Shown piece after piece: positions 34,797 through 44,785 of a DNA stretch of 64,000 nt. Made by a program: the position numbers and the translations under genes. The stretch is from positions 62,001-126,000 of the forward strand of contig BAAIJX010000004.1 of NCBI GenBank assembly GCA_054600435.1. Direction: 5' to 3'. The DNA is from Neophaeotheca triangularis. Its lineage: Eukaryota. Below the pieces are notes generated by a model, which saw only the letters and a list, made by a program, of their open reading frames with translations, was not told the origin of the DNA and made no database searches. The first letter of the stretch is position 1. Every line of letters begins with the position of its first letter.

Positions 34797-36109
34797 GCGA
34801 CAGCTTGGTCGAGTGGTTGCGTCATGGGTGGAAGCATGGGTTGAAATGGGAAGCTGGTTTTCCGCTGCTACGGCAGGGGAGTTGATTCTTCCGTCTTGCA
34901 TGGTCGGGGGATGCAGAGCGCTCGTGGGATAGAAAAGCGAGTCTTTTGCATCCTGCCTTTGGCGTGCAGCATGCCGTAGGGTAGAAATGGAGGAAACGAA
35001 AGTCACACAAAAAATGCCACTATCATGATGACAAGAATGAGATGCGGAGAGCAAAATGGAGATGAGTAGTCGGTGGTAGTTGCTTTGCATTGTGGTAACT
35101 AGGTACTAGGTTTTAGTGCTTTTTACGAAATTCGAGGAGTTCTTTTACACTTTTGTTGTGAGTGTATCGTTCCGTATGTGATGTTTGTGGGTGGTTAGTC
35201 TATGGCTGTAGGTTGTCGGGTTGTGTTTGAAGGTTTATTAGTTGTGGTTTTCTTGGTGCTAGGTATGTTGTCTGTCGCATGTTGTGCCTTTTCATTAAGT
35301 AAAGAAGGGATATTGTTAAAGGTTAGGCTTAGGTTGGAAGGTGAAGTATGACGAGGTAGAGTAGGGCAAGTTGAGTGAAGCAAGGTGAGGGGAGAGTCTT
35401 GGGTTGAAAAGAAAAAGAGGCAGTTCGAGTTAAAGCGGTCTAAACAAAGTAGGTTGTTTCAATGTACTTCCCAAGTACTTTTACCACTCGTTACCTCTCT
35501 GGGCCTCCTAAGATCCTCCTTAGGCCTCAAAGACCCCCCTACCGACCTCTTATCTCATCTTTCGCCCTCCCCCTCCCTGTCACTCTCCCTACACCTCCAT
35601 CCCCCAAAGCCCAAATCTAGTAACTTCAGCCAATATTCCGAGCCCACTCACTACCTGTTACTAGTCCCAGCCCGCTCGCTGAACAGGCTTTCGAAACCGC
35701 TGAGACTAGCTGATAGAGGGGATTGTTTTGAGCCCGCTACAGATGCTTGCGGGCGGGCGGGCGGACGAGGTTCGGAAGCGCTAGGGCCTCTAGTCGAGAT
35801 TCAGTCGTAACAGTATTGTACACTATAGGTTTGCCTGTCATCAGAGGTCGCTAGAGACTGGCTAGAAGAATAGGAAAGTACGACTTGAGAGTCGACAGCA
35901 ACCCTACTATTCCCTATGCCTGCTTCAATTGCTGGTCGGTCTAACCATCCTCTTTCCCCCTCCCGCCGCGTGGCGCCTTTGACTTTCCAGGGGACCGTGA
36001 CGATCCGGTCGCTCATGACTGCCCCGTTCCCGGTCCCCTCAACAAACCCCATGACCCAGCGCCGTGCGGCCGGGTCACAGCCAAATTGCCCGAGACAACT
36101 TCGCAACTC

Positions 36110-38422
36110 CTACCACCGATCGTCCTCCTCAGCAACATCCTCACCATAAACCTGCTTCTGCCGCTCCCGTTCCTGCTCAGCGTCAACATCTGCTTCCAAA
36201 TCCATAACAACGTTCCCATCATTCGCGGCCTCGACACCAACCTTACCGACCGTACTTCCCTCCGCTCCGCCGCCAGCACTCGCTTCCACAGCCGGCAGCG
36301 TCCCAGTAAACCACTCAACCTCACACTTCCCAACCCCCTCCAGCACACCCCCTTTCCCACCTTTAAGCGCGAGCAAGAACCTCTCCGCCAAATACCGCTC
36401 CGTGTACCCCACCACGGCCGCGTCTTCGCGCTCCGGGTGCGGCAGCACGGTTCCTTCGTCCAAACCATCGCCGAGGAAGACGAACTGCCGCAGCGCCTCG
36501 GCAGCTGAAGTGTAAGAGTGCTCGGGAGCGGGAAAGATGACGGCCAGAGCTTTCGGCCGGTTGTCGAGACGCTTGACGGCGCCGCCGAAACCTGCGCGGC
36601 CGCCGCGGTAGCTGGGAGCATGGCCGTAGTCGGGAGTGCCGCGGGCTCTGCCTCTGCCGCGACCGCGACCGCGGAAACCGCTCGGGTCGTAGGCCTGGTG
36701 GGAGTGCGTCTGTGGGCTGTTAGGATCTTGGTTTGATGAGGAAGTGTAGAAGGTTGCCGGGTCGAGGCCGGCGGAACTGGCTTCTTGCTCGAGCGCGGCG
36801 AGTTTCTCGCGCAATGCGCGGGTGGATTCGGATTCGTTGGGTTTGGGGGTCGGGATGTCGGAGGTGGTGGTAGCCGGGGCTGGGCTGGCGGAGGCTTTCC
36901 CGCTCTTTTTTGCTAGCATGGCGGCCATCTTCGCTCGCTCTTCATTCATCGCCTTCATTTTGGCGTCGAGTTCTTCTTTTTGCTTGGCTGCGGCTTCGCG
37001 CTTGCTTTGCTGTTCTTCGTGCTTCTTTTGCGCTTCTTCTTGTCGACGAGCCAGTTCTGTAGGGTCAATGGCGGCTTCTTGCGTGTCTTGATAGTTTGAC
37101 ATCTCCGTATCCTCGCCCGCTGCCTGGCCGTTTGTTGGCTTTGTGGCGTCTCTTTCCGGTTTATACCAGTATACTTTGACGAAGCGGTTGTCGAAGACGA
37201 CTTTTGGGCTTTGGTAGGCGGCTTTTGCTTCTTCATAGTCGCTGAATTTCACGATTGCCAGCTTTTTCCACTCTTGCATTGTAACTTCCTCAATCTGTCC
37301 GAATTGGCTGAAGAATTCTCGCACTGCTTCTTCGGAAAACTTGTCCTCCGGTATCTGCTCAACTACAAGCGATGTGATGGAGCGATCTTGGTTCATGCCC
37401 GTAGAGGAAAACTCTGATCTACCGCCACGCCCACGGCCCCTCCCTCTCATCCCACCTCTGCCACGTTCAGAGCGGTTATTCGAGGAGTGCATGTTGACAC
37501 TACCAGAACGATCCGGTTGTGGCCCATTGAAGAAGGCCGCATTCGGGTTGGATGGATCGTACTCGGAGTGGCCATTCGCATCCAGAGGGGTATCATCGTG
37601 GTCGTACTTGCAAGTCGCGCCAAAGGTGCAATATCCCTTCTGATCGTAATCTCTGCATCTCTTGCCCGTCTTGCGAGGAGCATTGAATCCATTGCCCTGG
37701 GGAGGCGCGTTGTAAGCATTGCCATTCTGGAAAGGCGATCCACCCGCACCAGCAGGTGGCATAGGCATTCCCATAGCCTGAAGAGCGGCAAGCATGGCCG
37801 CAGGGTTGTTGGGGTCGAAAGGAGGCATCCCTTGAGGAGGCGTAGGCATGCGAGGCATGTTACCCATCTGCGGCATCCCAGCGGCAGGCCCAGTGGGCGG
37901 CATAAAGTTTTGAAACTGCTGCATTGACTGGTGCTGCGGTTGCTGCGGGACAACTCCGCCACGGCCACCTCGCGCATCGAGCCCACCACCCCTACCACGC
38001 CTAGCCTGCTTCATCGGTCTATTCTCAGCTTGCCCAAACCCTGGCAACTGCTGGCCCGGCACTTGCTGCTGACTCGTCGCATCCTCCTCAAACCCTCTCT
38101 TCACACCCGCACCGGCGCCCATACCTGATGCGGCTGGCGCAACCCCACCCGCACCCGCAGGCTTTGGCACCCAGCCCACCTCAAACTTCCTCTCCCTGAT
38201 AGCAGCAAAAACCTCCTCGACAAAGCCCTCACTCTTCTCCTGTAAGAAATCTTGCAAGCTGTCCACCGCGGTCGGTTTGGCCGCTTCCTCACTCTCGTCA
38301 CTCCCGACCAGCGCTAGAACATAGTCGGCCAGAACATCGCTGTCGGCGTCGCTTATGACTTCGAGGCGTTTGGTGACCCATGTCTTCAGTGCTTCCGTAT
38401 CTGAATCGCCGAGGATCGGCAT
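36110..38422 (-). CDS. RBM26/RBM27-like RNA-binding protein (PWI + CCCH zinc finger + RRM)
   Basis: PWI-like LKTWVTKRLEVISDADSDVLADYVLAL, CCCH CRDYDQKGYCTFGATCKYDH, RRM with FFSQFGQI and VFDNRFVKVYW, RGG tracts. Start MPILG at 38422. Confidence 0.9.
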   Translation of the reverse strand: MPILGDSDTEALKTWVTKRLEVISDADSDVLADYVLALVGSDESEEAAKPTAVDSLQDFLQEKSEGFVEEVFAAIRERKFEVGWVPKPAGAGGVAPAASGMGAGAGVKRGFEEDATSQQQVPGQQLPGFGQAENRPMKQARRGRGGGLDARGGRGGVVPQQPQHQSMQQFQNFMPPTGPAAGMPQMGNMPRMPTPPQGMPPFDPNNPAAMLAALQAMGMPMPPAGAGGSPFQNGNAYNAPPQGNGFNAPRKTGKRCRDYDQKGYCTFGATCKYDHDDTPLDANGHSEYDPSNPNAAFFNGPQPDRSGSVNMHSSNNRSERGRGGMRGRGRGRGGRSEFSSTGMNQDRSITSLVVEQIPEDKFSEEAVREFFSQFGQIEEVTMQEWKKLAIVKFSDYEEAKAAYQSPKVVFDNRFVKVYWYKPERDATKPTNGQAAGEDTEMSNYQDTQEAAIDPTELARRQEEAQKKHEEQQSKREAAAKQKEELDAKMKAMNEERAKMAAMLAKKSGKASASPAPATTTSDIPTPKPNESESTRALREKLAALEQEASSAGLDPATFYTSSSNQDPNSPQTHSHQAYDPSGFRGRGRGRGRARGTPDYGHAPSYRGGRAGFGGAVKRLDNRPKALAVIFPAPEHSYTSAAEALRQFVFLGDGLDEGTVLPHPEREDAAVVGYTERYLAERFLLALKGGKGGVLEGVGKCEVEWFTGTLPAVEASAGGGAEGSTVGKVGVEAANDGNVVMDLEADVDAEQERERQKQVYGEDVAEEDDRW

Positions 38423-39097
38423 GATTGTTCGGCTGTTTGGACGGCGTTTGAAGCTATGGTGAAGGGTACAATATGTTGGCTGTACAAATAGTTGGAAGAG
38501 CTTAGAGGGCGGCACTAGGTGAAGGTCGCGTTTAGTAAGAGCTAACAAAGGGTTGTCGGCTTGGTGGTGGCGGTAAGGATATAGCTACTCGTGGTGGTGA
38601 GGTTGGTATGAATTTTGAACTCGCGCAGTCAAAGGTGTGCGCTGAGGGTTGACTGAGGTAGGTAAAGGTCGCGCGCAAAGAAACGCGATCCCAGCTCGCT
38701 TCATCAGTAAGGTTGAAGCTTGCTGCCAAGACACTGACGTCGGGATTTGCTGAACGTCACTTAGGGTTCAGGTTTGGGTAGGACAATCGTTGCTTTAACA
38801 CACTACGGCGACGGAGCACGTTTGTTCTTTCGAATTTGGAGACGTCGGCTATGACGAGATCATAAATTGGTCCAAGGCTCGTCGTTTTGTGCAAGCGGAA
38901 TGAATGTTCACACTAAACTGTCCGTATTCTGTGTATCTGTGGGTGGGAAATCTAAGCCGAGCCCTTGACCCCTGGCTTTGCAGCAAGCGGAACACGCCGG
39001 ATTTGGCCGAAGAAACCCACTTTTGTCATTCAACGTCTGAGAGCACAATTCAAAAGATTATATTTGAACACACATCAATTCCATCATCCGATCAAGC

Positions 39098-39308
39098 GGT
39101 GAGATGTTAGTAACACTAAAACATCCATTCAACCCGATCAGTAACTGACTCCCACCAGGGCCGAGCGGTCTAAGGCGGTTAGTACACACCAACAATTCGT
39201 CCTCGTTCACCTGAACCAACCTAATCACCTCATTAGCCAGCTTAAGGTGTTCACACATCTGAAGTTCGCTGGTCCGAAAGGGCGTGGGTTCGAATCCCAC
39301 TCTCATCA
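39098..39308 (+). tRNA. tRNA-Leu(AAG) gene in four pieces: two spliceosomal-type introns plus one canonical tRNA intron
   Basis: Exons 39098-39105, 39159-39177, 39237-39247 and 39267-39308 join to GGTGAGATGGCCGAGCGGTCTAAGGCGCCAGCTTAAGGCGCTGGTCCGAAAGGGCGTGGGTTCGAATCCCACTCTCATCA (80 nt). Acceptor GGTGAGA/TCTCATC (one G-U), D stem GCC/GGC, anticodon stem CCAGC/GCTGG around TTAAGGC, long variable arm, T arm GTGGG-TTCGAAT-CCCAC, discriminator A. Confidence 0.88.
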
Positions 39309-39323
39309 ACAGTTGAGACTTGA

Positions 39324-39331
39324 TTTTTTTT
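39324..39331 (+). terminator. RNA polymerase III oligo(T) terminator
   Basis: T8 run starting 16 nt after the tRNA discriminator base. Confidence 0.8.
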
Positions 39332-40207
39332 GCACTTTTCCCCCTCACGTCCTCCTCTATGAGGCAGGGTAGCCTGTAGGTAATAGGGCTTTAGTCTGAG
39401 CTCGGCAGGTTGATGGGTACCGAATTGCATACTCGTTTCATGCTTATCCTATCCTTTTCGTATCTTTTTTCTTCTCTCGTATATTTCTCCAGTCTCCTAG
39501 ATATCGATTCATCGAAATCCCATGGACAATGATACGAGAACCCAAGCCCAGCGTAATATCCGATCTAAGCAGCGTCGTGGCTCCGAAGCCCGTCATCGTC
39601 TTTTCGCCTTCACGCCCGCTAACACCAGTAAAACGCTTCTTTCGGATATCTCAACTCCTTTACAACCCTCGAACCGCAATGGATCAAAGGAATCACAAGC
39701 GGAACGATCATGGTCAATGTTTGAAAGATATTTTTGGCACGAAAGGAACTTGAGACAGGAGACAGCCTCGATGGTTTTTGGGGCAAAGAAAAAAAAAAAA
39801 AACCTTACACAGAGGCGTATTGTAGGAGGTACTGTCGCATTTTAATGTTGGGAAGATTTTTCCCGGGATAAACAAGAACCAGTCGCCCCAGCACACCCAT
39901 GGCACACACTATTCAAGAAACGAAAAGATGAAAGGACACGGCAAAAGCAAAGCCGCAAAACCGACGAGAGAGACGGCAAACCCAGCCCCTGTCAATTGTA
40001 GCAAAGATGGGAGCGGCGACTTCCACTTGATCCATCTATACATCCAAGTAAGTACAAGCGAGTAACCAAACACCACCGCTCTTCCTCCCTCGATGGCTCG
40101 AGAGACCAGCGTAGATGCCCTAGCTCTTTCGCACCAACATGACATCCACAACACTCGGGGCCACTCTCGCTCTCATCTTTCACTCTATCAAGATTCTCTA
40201 CCTTCAT

Positions 40208-42444
40208 CTACATCTTCGCCTTGCCCTCTTGGGTAGTCGGCAGCAGCAAATCCCTGACCTCTCCGGCAGCCTCATCGATGAAGAAACTCATGCGGTCGCA
40301 ACCGAGGTGCTTGCTGATAATGTTGAACTGCAAACTGTTCTCGTTGATCATGTAGGCGATACTGCAAGACGATCCACAACGTTAGCGAACTGTAAACCAA
40401 GCGCGGAATGAAAAGGAAAGAAGAGAAAATCAAACTCACCCCCACCCCTCATCAATGACCTGACTCCATCCATAACCATTGAAATACTCCGAACTCAACT
40501 GACTGGACGAAATGAACCAATTCCCGCTGTATCCAAACGCATCGTCCTTGTAAATTTCCGGAACCTCTTCGCCGCTTCCAATCATCTTCTTCAGCCCGAA
40601 CAAATGCCTGTCCACGCCCTTGCCATCGCTCGCATCGGTAATGTACTTGACGTGAGCGTCCACGGCGGCGCGGAATCGCTGCCGACATTCATCGGGAGAG
40701 ACGTTGGGGTCGGCCATGCCGTCGCAGAAAGCGACCGATTCGTCCGACACGGAGCGGCAGGTTTCGGTGCGGCCTTGTTGGAAACGACGGGTTGCGGCGG
40801 ATTCGTACGTCGGGCGATTCTTACCGTAGAATTTGTGGTAGGCGAGTTGGATCAGCAGCTGCACGTAGGCGTCGGGGGAGCACTTGAATTTCTTGATCAG
40901 GCCTTTGCCGTAACCTTTGTAGGCTTGCACGCGGAGGTCGTGCTCGCCGATGAGTTTGACGTGGTGCGAGGTGGCGGTTGCAATGTCGGTTTGGTTTTCA
41001 GGGGTGAGTTTGAATTGCAGGGGGGTGGGGGAGGGGAGGGTGGAGCGGACGGTCGGGTTGTCGTAGTCGAGCTTGTTTTCATGCATGAGCATGTTGATGT
41101 AGTCGTTGAGACGGTGCGTGGGGGTTCCGTCCATCATGCTGTGCTCGCCCATGAAGCCAGAGGTGCCGTTGTCGTTGACGATGAATTGGAGCGGCTTGTC
41201 GAACCAGCGATTGCTGCCGTCGCCGTGCCAGTATTGGTGTGCGCGCTCTTCGAGGGTGATGGGGGAGGCGTCGTCGAGGCAGACAACAAACGAGGACGAC
41301 TCAATCTCTTTGAGAGTGGTCTCATTGGTAGGAGCGGCGGTAATCAGGCGCTCACGCATTTCTGTCCAGGTGTCGCGGTTTTCGGTCGTCATGATACCGA
41401 CGGCGGGGGATTTCTCTGCTGCCTCGTAGATGCGCTGGAATTGCTGCTCGAGTTCTTTGGTGGTGAGCTGCTTGCCGTCGACTTCGTGCTTGAGCTTGAA
41501 GAACTGGTTCTTGCGGACAACCACAATGTGCGCATTCTCAGCGGCGGGGTATTTGGCAGGGTAGTCTGCGGGAGCGGCGGGGATGCGGCAGGCGTTGAAC
41601 ATCCACTCGTAGCTGCTCATTGCAATGGGGAGCTTCTTCATGTATTCAGGCTCAAGAGTACCCTCGTCGACCTGCTTCTTGAACTCGAGCACGCTGGTTG
41701 TGATGGCCGCGGCCCTCTTGGCTGGCTGCCTCCTCCTCCTGTCATCGCGGTGGCTGTAAAAGTAGCTCACGTACGGTACGACGGGGTCACGGTAGCCCAG
41801 GTATGCTGCGTGGTTCCACCATTCGTAGATCCAGTTCTTCATACCGGGCTCATCCCTACGCGCTTCGAGACGCTTCTGCAATTCATGACCAAAGCTGCCA
41901 GGAGCGATGAAAGCATCGACGGCTTTCTGTGTCTTTGCGTACTCTTCCTTGCTGAGGAGAGGGTGTACGGACTTGAGGTAGCGCTGGGCGGTCTCCTCGA
42001 GAGTGGGGACGGGGAGGGTGGGGAGGGAGTCTTCGTAGCGGAGCATGGGGCCCTTGGAGTGGTCCTCTTTGTAGCCTGAACATTTACTATTAGCTTTGCC
42101 CCATCCGGCAGCGGCGGATTAGAAAGGATGCATACTCCCAGGCAGGCCACTGCTCTTCCTCTGCTGCTGTTGCTGCGTCGGCGCCATCCTTGCAATCTCA
42201 ACCTAAAACGACAACAAGTATCTCAAGTCAGTGACGAGTACGATAAAAGGGCAATGACGATGGATAGAAAGGAAAGAAGCAAGCCGGTCGGTCTCGAGCT
42301 CTACTAGAAAAAAGTCACGATATTACGCACCTTCGGCACACGAGCTCTGGTAGTAGTCAAATACCTCGGCGTAGCAGCGGGCGTGGTGGTGGTGATGCGG
42401 GAGGCTCTGGTGATCAGCGAGGAGCTCGCTCTCGTCAGAAACAT
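40208..42444 (-). CDS. CAT2: Carnitine O-acetyltransferase, mitochondrial/peroxisomal (Cat2/AcuJ-like)
   Basis: Exons 42444-42331, 42202-42136, 42075-40440 and 40361-40208. LPTLPVPTLEET, NRWFDK, catalytic EHSMMDG, TYESAATRRFQQGRTE. R/S/T-rich presequence and C-terminal AKM. Confidence 0.95.
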
Positions 42445-42472
42445 GTCAAGCTTGGAACTCAACAGCGGGCGA

Positions 42473-42503
<31 letters not shown>

Positions 42504-42515
42504 TGGATTGATTGC
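42473..42515. repeat. (GATT)n microsatellite upstream of the CAT2 ATG
   Basis: About 7 perfect ATTG units plus degenerate copies. Confidence 0.9.
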
Positions 42516-42661
42516 TTGAGTGAGTGGTATGCGAAAAGGACAGCGTGTGGGTTTCTGATCTAAACAGGACAAGAGTGGTAAACTTGGTAAGTTACCTAGG
42601 TAAGGTAGGTAGAGAACCCTAGTCTCATTGACTTAGGTTGTTGTTGGCTATCCGCCAAACA

Positions 42662-42868
42662 CCTCGGTCCAGAGGAAAGGAGCTTGGCGCGCGCGTCTTG
42701 GGAAAGCAACCCCGACCCGCGTCCACTGCCGGGTGATAATAATGTGTACCTTATACACAGCATCGAAGACTTGCCGGAGCCGCTGAACCGTCTACCGTGC
42801 AGCAAGTCGTGACCTACCTAGGTAGATATTAGAGCTTAGGTTAGGTAGACATCATCAGTGAGCCGAGG
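42662..42868. promoter_or_regulatory. Two CCTCGG/CCGAGG motifs (FarA/FarB-Ctf1 fatty-acid response element) upstream of CAT2
   Basis: CCTCGG at 42662-42667 and CCGAGG at 42863-42868, about 220 and 420 nt upstream of the ATG. This hexamer is the known Far-type site for fatty-acid utilisation genes in Aspergillus. It is short, so a chance match is possible. Confidence 0.45.
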
Positions 42869-43438
42869 ATGCTCGCACGCTGCTTCCGGTGATACACGTA
42901 ACACGCTGCTCAATACCAACCGGTTCTTACACAGGTAGACAGGCCGAGTTGAAGAAGAGCCTCCAACGCCGCCAACACCCACGCAGACGCAATCGCAATC
43001 ACCTGAAAATAGCACAGAGCTTAAGCAGTACTAGATGTACAAGTTTTCATACAGCACCCACAAACCAGCACCACCACCACCAATCAGCAGTAGAAATCTA
43101 GCTTAGTCTAGAAGTAGCAGTAGTAGCGCAGCAATGGGGGTATGCAAAGAAGAAACGCTCGCAATCACCACCACCACCACATCAAGAAAACCCTCCGTGA
43201 CAAACAATCTAGTCATCGCGGGTGTTGGCAGCCATTTCGAGCTGCTCAACGTGCCCGCGCCAGAGGGGTCCCTGACAAAAAGCCCGCCAGACTTCTTCTG
43301 GGTCGTCCCTAAGCACCACAGAAAAAGCTCACGCGTTAGCTTGGCTGAAAAAAAGAACAGGTTAGAAACATCGAAAATCTCCTCTTGAGCCAATGCGCGG
43401 TCTTTCTAGAGTGACGGTAGGGAGTTTGGTATATTGAT

Positions 43439-44785
43439 TTACGGGTTCTCAGCGACGAACTTCTCGCCCTTCTCGATGTTGCCCTTCAGGTCCTTGAGGC
43501 AGACGTCCAAGAGGCCCTGCTCGTGCTCGGTCATCTTGCCGACGGGGTGGATCTCCTCAACACCGTTGGGGCCAAGGGTGACGTTGGAGGCGAAGTACTT
43601 GACGCCCTGGTCCTTGTAGAGAGGGCTCTCGACGAAAGTGGGCTCGATGACACCCTTCTGACCCTGAGCGGCCTTGAGGAGGGACTCGGCGAAGCGGGCA
43701 CCGGCCATGGCCATGGAAAGAGTAGCGCTACCGGCACCACCCTTGGCCTGGACGACCTCGTCACCGCCGAATTGCACACGCTTGATGTAGTCGGCGAGGG
43801 CCTGGCCTTCGAGAGAGTAGCCAGATTGGGAGAGGAGGGGCACGATGGTGGCGCCTGAGTGACCGCCGACAACGGTAATGTTCTCGTTGGCAGGGTCGGT
43901 GTTCTTGTGTTGAGAGATGAAGCGCGAGGCGCGGACAACGTCGAGGGTGGTGACACCGAAGAGCTTCTTGGGGTTGTAGACGCCCTTGGACTTGAACACC
44001 TCGGCGGTGATGGGGACGGTGCTGTTGACGGGGTTGGAGATGATGAGAATGTTGGCGTCGGGGCAGGACTCGGCAGCCGACTTGGCCAAGTCACGGACAA
44101 TGGAGGCGTTGGTGTTGAACAAATCTGGATGTTCCATAGCAGTGAGTAAATCGTTCGTCCAATCCGCAGCGTGAGAGTACTCATGGCGGCTGAAGATGAT
44201 GGATGCAGCCTTACCGTCTCTGGTCATGCCCGGCTTGCGGGGGACACCGGCGGGGATGAGAACAATCTCAGCACCCTTCAAGCAGTCCTTGACACCCTCG
44301 GGTGTAGGGTCGTAGCCCTTAACCTGTGCGGCAGCAGTGCGGTTAGCGGCCGATTTATCCAACAACCAACTCTCCCAAGCCTCGTGCGTCGTCTCCCAAT
44401 AGTTGTTCTCCAAAGCAGGGTGTTGATCGAAACTTACAACACTCTTGGTGTTGATGTGGCCAACGTCGGCGGCAACACCAGGGCCGCCCTTGATGTCGTA
44501 GAGAGCGAGCTCAGTGACGCGGGGGTTGAGCTTGAGGAGGAGAGACAGCGGCTGGCCGATACCGCCGGCAGCACCGAGGACAGCGACCTTGGAGGCCTGT
44601 AAATGGGGACGTCAGTGAAGGAGCGCAATATTATTTGAATTGCATAGTCGAGGTATGAGGCGCCGAGGTATGGAGCCCTAACCATTGGGATGGGATAGTC
44701 AAGTACTTACGTTGCTGGCGGTCGCGGAGAAGGCCCTGCGCTGAGCAGCGCCGAAAACGGTGGAGGCGGTGCGAGTAGCAAACAT
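43439..44785 (-). CDS. MDH1: Mitochondrial malate dehydrogenase
   Basis: Exons 44785-44711, 44596-44438, 44323-44215 and 44124-43439. Presequence MFATRTAS...[48 protein letters not shown]. Confidence 0.97.

Noticed and set aside
35975..36040. RNase P/MRP, H/ACA or telomerase RNA identity for the hairpin region (GGAAAGTC after a hairpin on the minus strand)
   Set aside because: I found no complementary CR-V/P4 partner, no valid H box and no CTAACCCTAA template. It is left as an unidentified structured candidate.
38761..38782. Telomere-like ttagggttcaggtttggg
   Set aside because: Only one perfect TTAGGG unit, so not an interstitial telomeric array.
39247..39264. Reading the third tRNA insert as an 18-nt GT...AG spliceosomal intron (GTGTTC...GAAG)
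   Set aside because: It is too short, has no branch site, and removal would leave an 8-nt anticodon loop. The canonical 37/38 intron gives the normal 7-nt loop.
39058..39348. 96-aa minus-strand ORF over the tRNA
   Set aside because: It is the antisense shadow of the tRNA (MRVGFEPT is the reverse-translated T arm).
40604..42079. Long antisense ORFs (491 aa here; also 32988-34013 and 34041-35090 over eEF2)
   Set aside because: These are in-register antisense shadows of strongly codon-biased genes and show no motifs.
43406..43441. Stop-codon readthrough giving a peroxisomal MDH
   Set aside because: The stop is TAA, not the leaky TGA-CTA context, and the extension INIPNSLPSL is not a convincing PTS1.
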